This document shows, one piece after another, positions 9,215 to 18,193 of a stretch of DNA of 49,915 bases (within the stretch, counting starts at the first letter, position 1; each line of letters begins with the position of its first letter). This stretch comes from Acidimicrobiia bacterium (lineage in GTDB: Bacteria; Actinomycetota; Acidimicrobiia; Spongiisociales; SHLN01). A program made the position numbers and the translations under genes. Where the stretch lies: the NCBI GenBank assembly GCA_041619515.1, contig JBFKDW010000010.1, positions 1-49,915 on the forward strand, in the 5' to 3' direction. The notes below the pieces were generated by a model, which saw only the letters and a list, made by a program, of their open reading frames with translations, was not told where the DNA came from and ran no database searches.

Positions 9215-10368
9215 GCGGCTTGCTCGACGGCGTCCGGGTGATCGATCTCTCACGTGTCCTCGCAGGCCCGTACGCCGCCCAGGCCCTGGCCGAGATGGGC
9301 GCCGACGTGATCAAGGTCGAGCCGCCCGGGGGTGAGTCGGCCCGCGGAATAGGGCCGTTCATCGACGGCCGCTCGCTCTACTTCGCATCCCTCAACACCA
9401 ACAAGCGAAGCGTCGTGCTCGACCTCAAGACCGCCCCGGGGCGGCGGGGCCTCGATGCGCTGATCGCCACCGCCGACATCGTCGTCGAGAACTACCGGCC
9501 TGAGGCAGCCGCCAAGCTCGACCTCACGCCCGACGCCCTGGCGGCTCGCCATCCGCATCTCGTGGTCGTCACGATCTCGAGCTACGCACGGGGCAGCGGG
9601 CGCCAGGCTGAGGCTTCCTACGACCTCATCGCCCAGGCCGAGAGCGGGATCATGTCGCTCACCGGGGAGCCGGGAGGCCCGCCGGTGCGGGCGGGGGTCG
9701 CGATCAGCGACCTGGCGGCCGGGCTGTGGGCGGCGCTCGGCGGCGTGGCCGCCTATGCGCGACGGATGAGGGATGGACACGGCTCGCACGTGGAGGTTCC
9801 CTTGCTGGATGCGGCGCTGTCGCTGCTCAGCTACACCGCCACCGGCACGCTCGCAGCGGGGCGCGACCCGGTTCCGGTCGGGTCGGGCCACCACAACATC
9901 GTTCCGTACCGCGCCTTCGCCACCCGCGACGGCTGGGTGGTCGTTGCCGTTCTGGGGGACAAGTTCTGGCCACGGCTGTGCGCTGCCATCGGCCGCGACG
10001 ACCTTGCTTCCCGACCCGACCTGGGCACCAACGCCCAGCGGGAGGCCGCCAGGGCCGAGGTCGACGCGCTGGTCGAGGAAGGCGTCGGTCGGCTCACAAC
10101 GGTCGAGGCAATGGCGCGCCTCGGGGAGGCGGACGTCCCGCACGCCCCCATCAACTCTGTGCTCGACGCCCTCCGGGCTCCCTATGTGCGCGAGCGCGGG
10201 CTGGTGAGGGCTGTCGGCGAGGGCGGGCTTTCCTATCAGGTGGTGCAAGGGCCGCTGCGGGACGGGCGCCGGCCCCAACCTGCTCCCGCCGTGGGCGAGC
10301 ACACTGCCGAGATCATGACCGCGGTGCTCGGCGCCGGTTCGTCCGACCTGGCGGCGATACTCGGCTGA
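9211..10368 (+). CDS. Family III CoA transferase (CaiB/BaiF)
   Basis: LDGVRVIDLSRVLAGPY, GADVIKVE, LNTNKRS, ENYRP, YDLIAQAESG, APAVGEHT. Confidence 0.92.
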   Translation: MSGLLDGVRVIDLSRVLAGPYAAQALAEMGADVIKVEPPGGESARGIGPFIDGRSLYFASLNTNKRSVVLDLKTAPGRRGLDALIATADIVVENYRPEAAAKLDLTPDALAARHPHLVVVTISSYARGSGRQAEASYDLIAQAESGIMSLTGEPGGPPVRAGVAISDLAAGLWAALGGVAAYARRMRDGHGSHVEVPLLDAALSLLSYTATGTLAAGRDPVPVGSGHHNIVPYRAFATRDGWVVVAVLGDKFWPRLCAAIGRDDLASRPDLGTNAQREAARAEVDALVEEGVGRLTTVEAMARLGEADVPHAPINSVLDALRAPYVRERGLVRAVGEGGLSYQVVQGPLRDGRRPQPAPAVGEHTAEIMTAVLGAGSSDLAAILG

Positions 10369-10394
10369 GCGGCGCCGAGCGCGTTCCCGGCCGG

Positions 10395-11882
10395 CTAGCG
10401 CTCGATTGCCCCGTGGCCCACCGTGCCGCCGGCGGCCCGCCGCTTGCCGGCGTCGGCGATGCGGCGAGCCATCGCACCGAAGATGAAGGTATGAAATGGA
10501 ACGAGGCCGTACCAGTACAGCCGCCCGAAGAGACCCCGCGGCACGAAGGTGGCGGTCTGGGTCAGCCGGGTGCCGGAAGGGTCTGGCTCCGCCGTCCACT
10601 GCAGCCAGGCCTTGCCGGGGAGTTTCATCTCCGCCTCCAGCAGCAACTCGCGCCCGGGCTCGACTCTCCGGACGCGCCAGAAGTCGAGCGCCTCGCCGGG
10701 CCGTAGATCCTCGGCGTCGCGCCGCCCCCGGCGCAGTCCGACCCCGCCGAACAGGCTGTCGAGGAGGCCGCGCAGCCGCCACGCCCAGCCGTACCCGTAG
10801 TAGCCGACCTCTCCACCCACCCGTGCGAATGCCCAGTACACGTCGTCGGGGGCGGCGGGCGTGGTGACGACCCGGATGTCTTCGAACCGCGCTCCGCCCG
10901 CCCAGGAGGGATCCGAAGGCAGCGGTGCCGCCGCCCGGGCGGCGGCGTCACTCCACCGGGTCTCGACGTCCCTGTCGTACGTGCTCGCCAAAGCCCGCCT
11001 GACGGACTCCCGGTAGGACATCGGCTGGTACGGAAACAGCTGCTGGGCGGTGTCGTCGTGAACGATCACCTCATTCCTGAGGCTGTCGACCAGCGGGCGG
11101 GCGACGCCGACCGGAAGCGGGGTGACGAGGCCTACCCAGCGCGACGACAATCCGGGGCTGAGCACGGGAACGGGGATGATGAGGCGGCGCCGCAGACCCG
11201 CTTCCTCGGCGTATATCTGCATCATGTCCTCATAGGTGAGCACCTCGGGTCCGCCGATCTCCAAGACCCGGCTGACCGGTTCGTCATCGAGCACCGCGGT
11301 GAGGAATTCGAGCACATCGCGGATGGCAATCGGCTGGCACCGGGTGCGCACCCATTTCGGGGTGGTCATGACGGGAAGGACCTCCGTCAGGTACCGAAGC
11401 ATCTCGAAGCTGACCGAGCCCGATCCGATGACCACCGCGGCGCGCACCTCGGTGAGCGGTGTCTCACCGGCGGCGAGCAGCCGGCCCACCTCGTGCCGGG
11501 ACTCGAGGTGCTTGGAGAGCTCCTCGTCCTCGCGCCGTCCCAGGCCGCCCAGATAGATGATGCGGCGCAGACCTGCTGCGTCCGCTGCGGTCTGGAAGTT
11601 GGCGGCACCGGTCCGGTCGGCGTCGCCGAAGTCGTCTGCACTGCCCATGGAGTGCACGAGGTAGTACGCGAAGTCGCAGCCCTTCAGAGCAGGCCCAAGG
11701 CTGGCGGAGTCCAGCACGTCACCTTCGACGACCTCGACTTGATCTCGCCAGGGGTCGAGCGCCAGCTTGGAGGCGTCACGGGTCATGCACCGCACCCGAT
11801 GACCCTTTTCGAGCAGCCGCGAGACGAGGCGTCCCCCGACGTAGCCGGTGGCGCCGGTGACGAGGGTGAGCGGAGCGGCCAT
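10395..11882 (-). CDS. Atypical SDR/NAD(P)-binding protein with C-terminal DUF2867 (YbjT-like)
   Basis: VTGATGYVG, YYLVHSM, HLESRHEV, GSGSVSFEM, DFWRV, AEMKLPGKAWL, GRLYWY. Confidence 0.9.
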   Translation of the reverse strand: MAAPLTLVTGATGYVGGRLVSRLLEKGHRVRCMTRDASKLALDPWRDQVEVVEGDVLDSASLGPALKGCDFAYYLVHSMGSADDFGDADRTGAANFQTAADAAGLRRIIYLGGLGRREDEELSKHLESRHEVGRLLAAGETPLTEVRAAVVIGSGSVSFEMLRYLTEVLPVMTTPKWVRTRCQPIAIRDVLEFLTAVLDDEPVSRVLEIGGPEVLTYEDMMQIYAEEAGLRRRLIIPVPVLSPGLSSRWVGLVTPLPVGVARPLVDSLRNEVIVHDDTAQQLFPYQPMSYRESVRRALASTYDRDVETRWSDAAARAAAPLPSDPSWAGGARFEDIRVVTTPAAPDDVYWAFARVGGEVGYYGYGWAWRLRGLLDSLFGGVGLRRGRRDAEDLRPGEALDFWRVRRVEPGRELLLEAEMKLPGKAWLQWTAEPDPSGTRLTQTATFVPRGLFGRLYWYGLVPFHTFIFGAMARRIADAGKRRAAGGTVGHGAIER

Positions 11883-11909
11883 GGTGCGAGAGCTTACGGC
11901 GCCCGGCTT

Positions 11910-13160
11910 CTAATCGCCGGCGGCCGCCTCCAGCCCGGCAGCCAGACCGGTTGCCAGCTCGTCCAGCCGGTGGCGGTCGATGATGAGCGGCGGGGATGCC
12001 TGCAGCGCTCCGCCGGCAACCACGCGGGTGATGACGCCGGCCCGGCGGGCTGCCGAGGCGGCCCGGGCGGGTGCCGCCGGATCGCGGGCGATCAGCTCCG
12101 GATCGATTTGCACGGCGGCCAGCACACCCGCGCCCGAGCGCACCTCCCTGACGGTGCTATGGCCCGCCAGTGGGGCGAGGGCTTCGGTCAGCTCCGACTC
12201 CAGCGCCAGTGCCCGGCCCGGCAGATCCTCGCGGGCGATGATGTCGAGGTTGGCCAATGCCGCCGCACAGGCGCTGGCGTGGGCGGAGTAGGTGTAACCG
12301 TGCCGCCACATGGTGTCTCCCGACCAGAACGGGGCAGCGATGCGGGGGGCGGCGATCACCCCGCCCAGCGGCAGATATCCCGACGTGACGCCCTTGGCGA
12401 AGGTGATGAGATCGGGTTCGAGGGAGTAGCGCTCGGAGGCGAACCAGGCCCCGACCCGGCCAAAGCCGGTCACCACCTCATCGGCTATGAACAGCCCGCC
12501 GGCGTCGGCCACGAGTCGGCGTGCCTCCTTGAGGTAGGCCTCACCGGGGAAGCGAATCCCGCCGGCGCCGATCACGGGCTCGCAGAAGAATCCGGCTATC
12601 CGCTCGGCGCCGGTGGCGTCGATGGCCTCGGCCAGGCCGTCGAGGGAGTCCCAAGGCACCTCCACGATGTCGCCGAACGCACGGCCGCCGCCTTCCAGGT
12701 TGCCGGCGATGCCGGCCAGGCTGGTCCCGTACCCGTGCATGCCGTGGTAGGCCCAGCTGCGGGTTATGAGCACGCGCCGGTCGGGCTCGCCGGTCTCGGC
12801 GAAATAGCGGCGGGCGAGCTTGGCGGCCGAGTCGACCGAGTCCGATCCGCCCGAGGTGAGGAACACTTTGCTGCCCGGCACGGGTGCCAGGGCGGCGATC
12901 CTCTCGGCCAGCTCGACGGCGGGCGGGTTGGCGAAATCACCGAAAGTGTGAAAGGTGTGCAATTGCCGCATCTGGGCGGCAACGGCGTCGACGATCTCGG
13001 TCCGCCCGTACCCGACGTTGCAGTACCAGAGGCTGGCGGTGCCGTCCAGGTAGCGGTTGCCGGCGGTGTCGTAGACGTACACCCCCTCCCCTCGCTCGAT
13101 GACCAGCTCGTTGCCATCGACCGTCCCCATCGCTGCAAAGGGGTGCCAGAAGCTCCCCAT
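11910..13160 (-). CDS. Class-III PLP aminotransferase (omega-amine:pyruvate type)
   Basis: FWHPF, YLDGTASLWYCNVGYGR, SGGSDS, AYHG, ADEVVTGFGRVG, TFAKGVTSGYLPLG, HGYTYS. Confidence 0.92.
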   Translation of the reverse strand: MGSFWHPFAAMGTVDGNELVIERGEGVYVYDTAGNRYLDGTASLWYCNVGYGRTEIVDAVAAQMRQLHTFHTFGDFANPPAVELAERIAALAPVPGSKVFLTSGGSDSVDSAAKLARRYFAETGEPDRRVLITRSWAYHGMHGYGTSLAGIAGNLEGGGRAFGDIVEVPWDSLDGLAEAIDATGAERIAGFFCEPVIGAGGIRFPGEAYLKEARRLVADAGGLFIADEVVTGFGRVGAWFASERYSLEPDLITFAKGVTSGYLPLGGVIAAPRIAAPFWSGDTMWRHGYTYSAHASACAAALANLDIIAREDLPGRALALESELTEALAPLAGHSTVREVRSGAGVLAAVQIDPELIARDPAAPARAASAARRAGVITRVVAGGALQASPPLIIDRHRLDELATGLAAGLEAAAGD

Positions 13161-14608
13161 CAGGCCGATCCGGAGACGTTCTTCAAGTTGATCACCATCG
13201 TTTGGAGGTCCGTGAACTCATCCACCTTGCCCCGGCCCCATCCGGTGTCGGTGCCGGCGGCGCCACCGAAGGGCTGGAATGTCTCCCAGAAGTCCGTCGA
13301 GTCGTTGACCACCACCGTGCCCGACTTGATGCGATCGGTGTACCAGAACGCCCGCTCCAGGCTGGAGGTGAACACCGCCGCTTGCAGGCCGAGCCGAGAC
13401 CGGTTGGCGACCGCCACCGCTTCCTCGTCCGACCCGGCCGACAATACGGGCAGCACGGGCCCAAAGGACTCCTCGCGAGCCACATCGGACTCCTCCGGAA
13501 CGCCGTCGAGCATGGTGAACTCGTAGTAGAGGTCGGTGGGATAGCCGGTCGCCCGGCCCCCGCCGACCAGAACGTCGGCGCCGCGGCTTCGGGCATCGGC
13601 TATATGGCGATCCATCTTCTCCGCGGTCGGCTCGTTGTTGAGCGGCCCCATGTTGATGCCCTCCTGGAACGGGTCACCCAGGCGGACCTCTTTGGCTGCC
13701 TGCAGGCTGCGGTCGATGAACTCGTCGTGAACGGCGTCGACCACGATCACCCGCTCGGTGGCACAACACACCTGGCCGGCGTTGTAGTAGGCGCCGTAAA
13801 CGGCGGCCTCGGCGGCGGCTCCCACGTTGGCGTCGGCGGTCACGATGGTGGGGCCGTTGCCCGACATCTCCATGATCGAACGCTTGATGCCCATCATCGA
13901 CACGATGCGCTTGCCGGTGGCCGATGAGCCGGTGAAGCCGATGGCATCGATGCCGTCGTGCGTGACCAGTGCCTCGCCGATGTCGGCGCCTCCCGGGATG
14001 ATCGACACGAGGCCCTTGGGCACACCGGCCTCGTCGAATGCTTTCGCCAGTTCGAGCAGCGCCCAGCTGGTATGGAGGGGCGGCTTGACGATGACGGCAT
14101 TGCCGGTGGCGAGGCCGGGACCGAGGTACTCGAGGGGGATGGTGACCGGGAAGTTCCACGGAGTGATGGCCGCCCACACCCCGACCGGGCGCCGGAAGGT
14201 GAACATGCGAGTGTGGCGTTCCGATGTCGGGATGACACTGCCCATCAGGCGTTTGGCGTCCTCCGCTGCCTCGGTGAAGTACGAGTTGGCCTCCTCGACG
14301 TCTCCCAGGGACTCCTCGTGGTAGGGCTTGCCCTGCTCGAGGGTTTGGATGCGGGCGATCGTCTCGACCATCGGCTCGATCGCGGCCGCGATCCGGTGGT
14401 TGAGGTCGGCGCGCTCGATGGCCGACCAATGGCGGTACTCATCCTGAGCCCCCCGGGCCGCCGCCACCGCCCGATCGATGTCGCCCTCCGAGGCGATGGG
14501 GATGTCGGCTATATGCTCCCCCGTGACGGGCGAGTGAAGAGCGTAAGCCTCGTTCCCGGTTCCCTCGGTCCATTCACCGGCGATGTAGAGCTTGACGGTC
14601 TCCGCCAT
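13160..14608 (-). CDS. Aldehyde dehydrogenase
   Basis: ITPWNFP, FTGS, MEMSGNGP, NAGQVCCA (catalytic Cys), EESFGP, PFGG; GGAGG RBS before ATG 14608. Confidence 0.93.
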   Translation of the reverse strand: MAETVKLYIAGEWTEGTGNEAYALHSPVTGEHIADIPIASEGDIDRAVAAARGAQDEYRHWSAIERADLNHRIAAAIEPMVETIARIQTLEQGKPYHEESLGDVEEANSYFTEAAEDAKRLMGSVIPTSERHTRMFTFRRPVGVWAAITPWNFPVTIPLEYLGPGLATGNAVIVKPPLHTSWALLELAKAFDEAGVPKGLVSIIPGGADIGEALVTHDGIDAIGFTGSSATGKRIVSMMGIKRSIMEMSGNGPTIVTADANVGAAAEAAVYGAYYNAGQVCCATERVIVVDAVHDEFIDRSLQAAKEVRLGDPFQEGINMGPLNNEPTAEKMDRHIADARSRGADVLVGGGRATGYPTDLYYEFTMLDGVPEESDVAREESFGPVLPVLSAGSDEEAVAVANRSRLGLQAAVFTSSLERAFWYTDRIKSGTVVVNDSTDFWETFQPFGGAAGTDTGWGRGKVDEFTDLQTMVINLKNVSGSA

Positions 14609-14620
14609 GGGTCCTCCCAT

Positions 14621-14658
14621 TTCATGTAACGCTGTTATATAACACCGCTACACTACCA
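14621..14658. promoter_or_regulatory. Operator/promoter motif, copy 1 (TAACGCTGTTATATAAC-N4-CTACACT)
   Basis: Palindrome GTTATATAAC at 14634-14643 with a degenerate partner TTCATGTAAC at 14621-14630; extended -10 TGGTAGTGT on the minus strand; TACACT on the plus strand; near-identical to 23813-23840. Confidence 0.75.
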
Positions 14659-14803
14659 CGCAACTCCCCCCTGCATCCCGCCGACTCCCCGAGCGGAAGC
14701 ATCGCCGCGCCAATGAGCCACAGCCCGATCCGGGCGGTCTAGATTGGGGGATGAACGGGAGCCGACGCACTCGCTCCCCGACAACCGTCGAGACGGGAGG
14801 CGC

Positions 14804-15280
14804 ATGGCCGATTCGATATCGAGGCGGAAGTTTCTGAGCCGCGTCACCCTGGCCATCGGTGGGGCCATCGTTGCCGGATGGGCCGTCCCGGCGGTCGCCT
14901 ATATCTTCGGGCCCGCCCGCAAATCGGATCGGCAGCGCGAGTGGCGGCCGCTTGGCTCTCCCAACAAGGTGGAATTAGGCACGCCCACCTTGTTCAAGAC
15001 CCGTGTTGAGCGGACCACCGGGTGGGTGACCCAGGAGGAAGAGGTCTCGGTCTACGTCTTTACCGAGGACGGCCGGAACTTCACCGGCCTCTCGAACATC
15101 TGCACCCACCTCGGATGCCGGGTGCGCTGGGTCGACGATCAGGAGGCATTCTTCTGCCCCTGTCACAACGCGACATTTGGCAAGGACGGTCGGGTTGCCA
15201 GCGGTCCGCCGCCCCGGCCGCTTGACACCTTTGAGATTATGGTCGACGGCGGGCAGCTGCTCGTGAACCTGGAGGTCTGA
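14804..15280 (+). CDS. qcrA: Rieske [2Fe-2S] subunit of a menaquinol:cytochrome c reductase
   Basis: Tat motif SRRKFL plus one TM helix; CTHLGC and CPCH boxes; GPPPRPL; GGGAGG RBS. Confidence 0.95.
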   Translation: MADSISRRKFLSRVTLAIGGAIVAGWAVPAVAYIFGPARKSDRQREWRPLGSPNKVELGTPTLFKTRVERTTGWVTQEEEVSVYVFTEDGRNFTGLSNICTHLGCRVRWVDDQEAFFCPCHNATFGKDGRVASGPPPRPLDTFEIMVDGGQLLVNLEV

Positions 15281-15281
15281 G

Positions 15282-15971
15282 TTGACCGACGGGATGCACG
15301 AACCGATCGACCAGCCCGCCTCCACCACTACCTGGCTCGACGAACGGACCGGATCGCGCGGCATCTACGAGGCAATCTTCCTGCGCAAGATCCCCAAGAT
15401 CAACTGGCTGTTCACCCTCGGCAGCGCCACATTGTTCGTTCTGGTGAACCAGTTCGTGACGGACATTCTGCTCACCGTCTATTACGTGCCCAGCGTCCAG
15501 GACGCCTACGACACCGTCATCTACATCGACAGCACGCTCCCGATGGGGTGGCTGGTGCGTGGCCTCCACCACTGGGGCGCCACGGCCATGGTGGCGCTCG
15601 TCATACTCCACATGCTGCGAGTCATATTCCACGGTGCCTACAAGTACCCCCGTGAGATCACCTGGGTCACGGGTGTCTTACTACTGCTCCTGACCTTCGC
15701 CTTCGGTTTCACGGGATATTTGCTGCCATGGGACCAGGAGGCCTACTGGGCGACCACAGTGGGTACGCGCATCCTCGAGGTAGTTCCCTTCTTTGGAGAC
15801 TTCCTGCTGCGGATTGCCCGCGGTGGCGACGAGCTTTCGGCCGTCACGTTGTCACGGTTCTTCGGAATCCACGTCTGGATCCTTCCCGCCCTCACGCTGC
15901 TGCTGGTAGCAGTGCATTTGTTTCTGGTGGTGCGGATCGGCATCAGCGCCCCTCCCAAGAAGGAGGATTGA
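15282..15971 (+). CDS. qcrB: Short b6-type cytochrome b subunit
   Basis: Four TM helices; His pairs LHHWGA..LHML and IHVWILP..VHLF; PREITWVTG; FTGYLLPWDQEAYWAT. Start TTG 15282 or ATG 15294. Confidence 0.93.
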   Translation: MTDGMHEPIDQPASTTTWLDERTGSRGIYEAIFLRKIPKINWLFTLGSATLFVLVNQFVTDILLTVYYVPSVQDAYDTVIYIDSTLPMGWLVRGLHHWGATAMVALVILHMLRVIFHGAYKYPREITWVTGVLLLLLTFAFGFTGYLLPWDQEAYWATTVGTRILEVVPFFGDFLLRIARGGDELSAVTLSRFFGIHVWILPALTLLLVAVHLFLVVRIGISAPPKKED

Positions 15972-18100
15972 TGCGCGACGAGGACAAACAGGAATACCAG
16001 GAGAAGTACCAAGAAGCCAAGAAGAAGGGAATTCCCTTCTTTCCCGACGCGCTCTTCAAGGACGCGGTTGTTGCCCTCGCTCTTTTTGCCCTCCTGATAC
16101 TTCTCTCCGCTGCGGTGGGGGCCGCGCTCGAAGAACGGGCCGATCCCTCCGTCGAGTTCGATCCGGAGCCTGAATGGTATTTCCTGTTTCTCTTCCAGCT
16201 GCTGAAGTATTTCCCCGGAAGTCTCGAGTTCGTGGGGGTGGTCGTCCTCCCCGGGATCGTGATTCTTGCCCTGTTTACGCTCCCGTGGCTCGACCGCTCG
16301 GCGCGTAGGCATTTCACCGGAAGGCCGGTGGTCATGTCCGTCACCGGACTGCTCGTTGTCGGCGCAATCGGGCTCACGATTGCCGCTCTCGTCGAGGAGC
16401 CGCCGCCATCGAGTGCCGAGGGCGTGGGTGACCCGGTGGCGGTTCTCTACGTCGAGAACTGCTCCGGCTGCCACGGCGGTGAGCTGACCGTTCCCGACGG
16501 TATCGATCTCGTTCAGGTCATCGCATCAGGTGGGCACCAGGGCATGCCGTCGTGGAGCGGGGACCTGTCGGTCGACGAGATCGACGCTCTGGCCGGGTTC
16601 ATCTTGTCGCCGGGGGGAAGCAAGATCTTCAACCAAATCTGCGCCGACTGTCACGACGTGACGGAGCTGGTTGAGACGGGACCTGCCGACCTCAGGTCGG
16701 CCCTGGAAGATGGCGTCGGCTTTGCCCCGCACTCCGGGGTGGCGATGCCGCAGGCGATGGTTGCCCTCGACCGGCAGGATGTGACCGCCGTCCTGAACTT
16801 TCTGGGTGCTCCAGACGGTCAGCGCCTCTTCGCTGCCAACTGCTCCTCCTGCCACGGTTCTGCCGTGGCTTTCGACGGCGAGGTCGAAGAGCTGAGGAGC
16901 ATCATCGAGACCGGCGGCCAGCATCTCGATATGCCGGCGATGGGCGGGGTTCTATCCGAAAACGACATCTCCGTCCTGGCGTCCTACGTGGTGAGTCCGG
17001 GGAGTGCCGACGAGGAGGCACAAGGCCTGTTTGCCCGCAGCTGTGAGGTCTGTCATGGCTCGCGGGTGCCGACCTCGACCAGCCTTGAAGCGGCGCGCAC
17101 GGCGATCGTGACCGGAGGCGGCCATGAGACCATGCCTATCTGGGGCCAGATCTTCACCGTCGAACAGCTCGATGCGCTCACCGCCTACACCCTCGATTCC
17201 GCCCGCGGCACGCCGGTGCTCAGAGGCCAGGAGATATTTGCGGAGAGTTGTGCCATCTGCCACGGTGATTTCGGCGAGGGGGGCATCAACCCGGCCAACC
17301 CGGCCATGGTGCTGGCGCCCATCAGCACGGCTTCGTACTTGCAGACGAGGGACGACGTGACTATTCGCGCCGTGATCTCCCGCGGCCAGCCCGATCTTGG
17401 AATGTCGCCGTTCTCGCTTTCGTTCGGTGGTTCGCTCGATGACGAGGACGTCAATGCTGTGGTGGCGTTCATCCGCTCGTGGGAAGCTGATCCGCCCGTA
17501 GAACTCCCCCCCGAAATCGAACGGGCACCTCTGCTGGGCACCGGGACAGAGATCTTTGCCGAGTTCTGCTCGCAGTGCCACGGTGTCAACGGCGAGGGCG
17601 GCGTTGGGCCGTCCTTCCAGGACCCTGAATTCCACGCCCGCTTCACCGACGAAGACATGTTCACCGCCATCGACTTTGGCCACGCAGCCACCGCGATGAT
17701 CGCCTGGGGCGAGGTCCTCTCCGATACCCAGATCTCGAGCCTCGTGGCGTTCATCCGCAGGTTCGAAGTGCCTGACGAGCCCCCACCCGGCGCGACGACC
17801 ACGACGACCCAGCCGCCTTCCACCGACGTCTCGTTCTCACAGGACGTGCTCCCGATCCTTCGAGCGAGCTGCGGGGCCTGTCACGGCTCCCTCGGAGGGT
17901 GGGGATCGGAGAGTTACGACGCGGTGATGACCAGCGGCAACAACGCTCCGGTCGTCATGCCAGGCGATCCGGATGACAGCTTGCTCGTCCGGTTGCTGGA
18001 GGACCCCGGGAGTGGGCTGATGCCCCCCGGCGGAGCGCTTTCCGACGCCGAGATCCAACTGATCAGGGACTGGATCGCCGCCGGAGCACTCGACAACTGA
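15971..18100 (+). CDS. qcrC: Subunit IV (PEWY) fused to a heptaheme cytochrome c chain, 709 aa
   Basis: GIPFFPD and PEPEWYFLF, three TM helices, then CSGCH, CADCH, CSSCH, CEVCH, CAICH, CSQCH, CGACH; the last domain resembles planctomycete cytochrome c (PGDPDDSLL..MPP..WIAAGA); AGGAGG RBS and TGATG coupling. Confidence 0.9.
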   Translation: MRDEDKQEYQEKYQEAKKKGIPFFPDALFKDAVVALALFALLILLSAAVGAALEERADPSVEFDPEPEWYFLFLFQLLKYFPGSLEFVGVVVLPGIVILALFTLPWLDRSARRHFTGRPVVMSVTGLLVVGAIGLTIAALVEEPPPSSAEGVGDPVAVLYVENCSGCHGGELTVPDGIDLVQVIASGGHQGMPSWSGDLSVDEIDALAGFILSPGGSKIFNQICADCHDVTELVETGPADLRSALEDGVGFAPHSGVAMPQAMVALDRQDVTAVLNFLGAPDGQRLFAANCSSCHGSAVAFDGEVEELRSIIETGGQHLDMPAMGGVLSENDISVLASYVVSPGSADEEAQGLFARSCEVCHGSRVPTSTSLEAARTAIVTGGGHETMPIWGQIFTVEQLDALTAYTLDSARGTPVLRGQEIFAESCAICHGDFGEGGINPANPAMVLAPISTASYLQTRDDVTIRAVISRGQPDLGMSPFSLSFGGSLDDEDVNAVVAFIRSWEADPPVELPPEIERAPLLGTGTEIFAEFCSQCHGVNGEGGVGPSFQDPEFHARFTDEDMFTAIDFGHAATAMIAWGEVLSDTQISSLVAFIRRFEVPDEPPPGATTTTTQPPSTDVSFSQDVLPILRASCGACHGSLGGWGSESYDAVMTSGNNAPVVMPGDPDDSLLVRLLEDPGSGLMPPGGALSDAEIQLIRDWIAAGALDN

Positions 18101-18193
18101 GCCGATCGGGGGCGGTGTTGGCCAATAACGAGCGATGGGTAGGCTCAGCGGTGTGGAACGGCCTCGTGCCGTCCAGATGATCGGAGGACTGGC

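Noticed and set aside
11058..13526. 822-aa plus-strand ORF and similar long ORFs (4459-6126, 6127-8055, 9250-10782, 25156-26754, 37297-38949)
   Set aside because: These are antisense or off-frame shadows of well-supported genes, expected in high-GC DNA, with no recognisable motifs.
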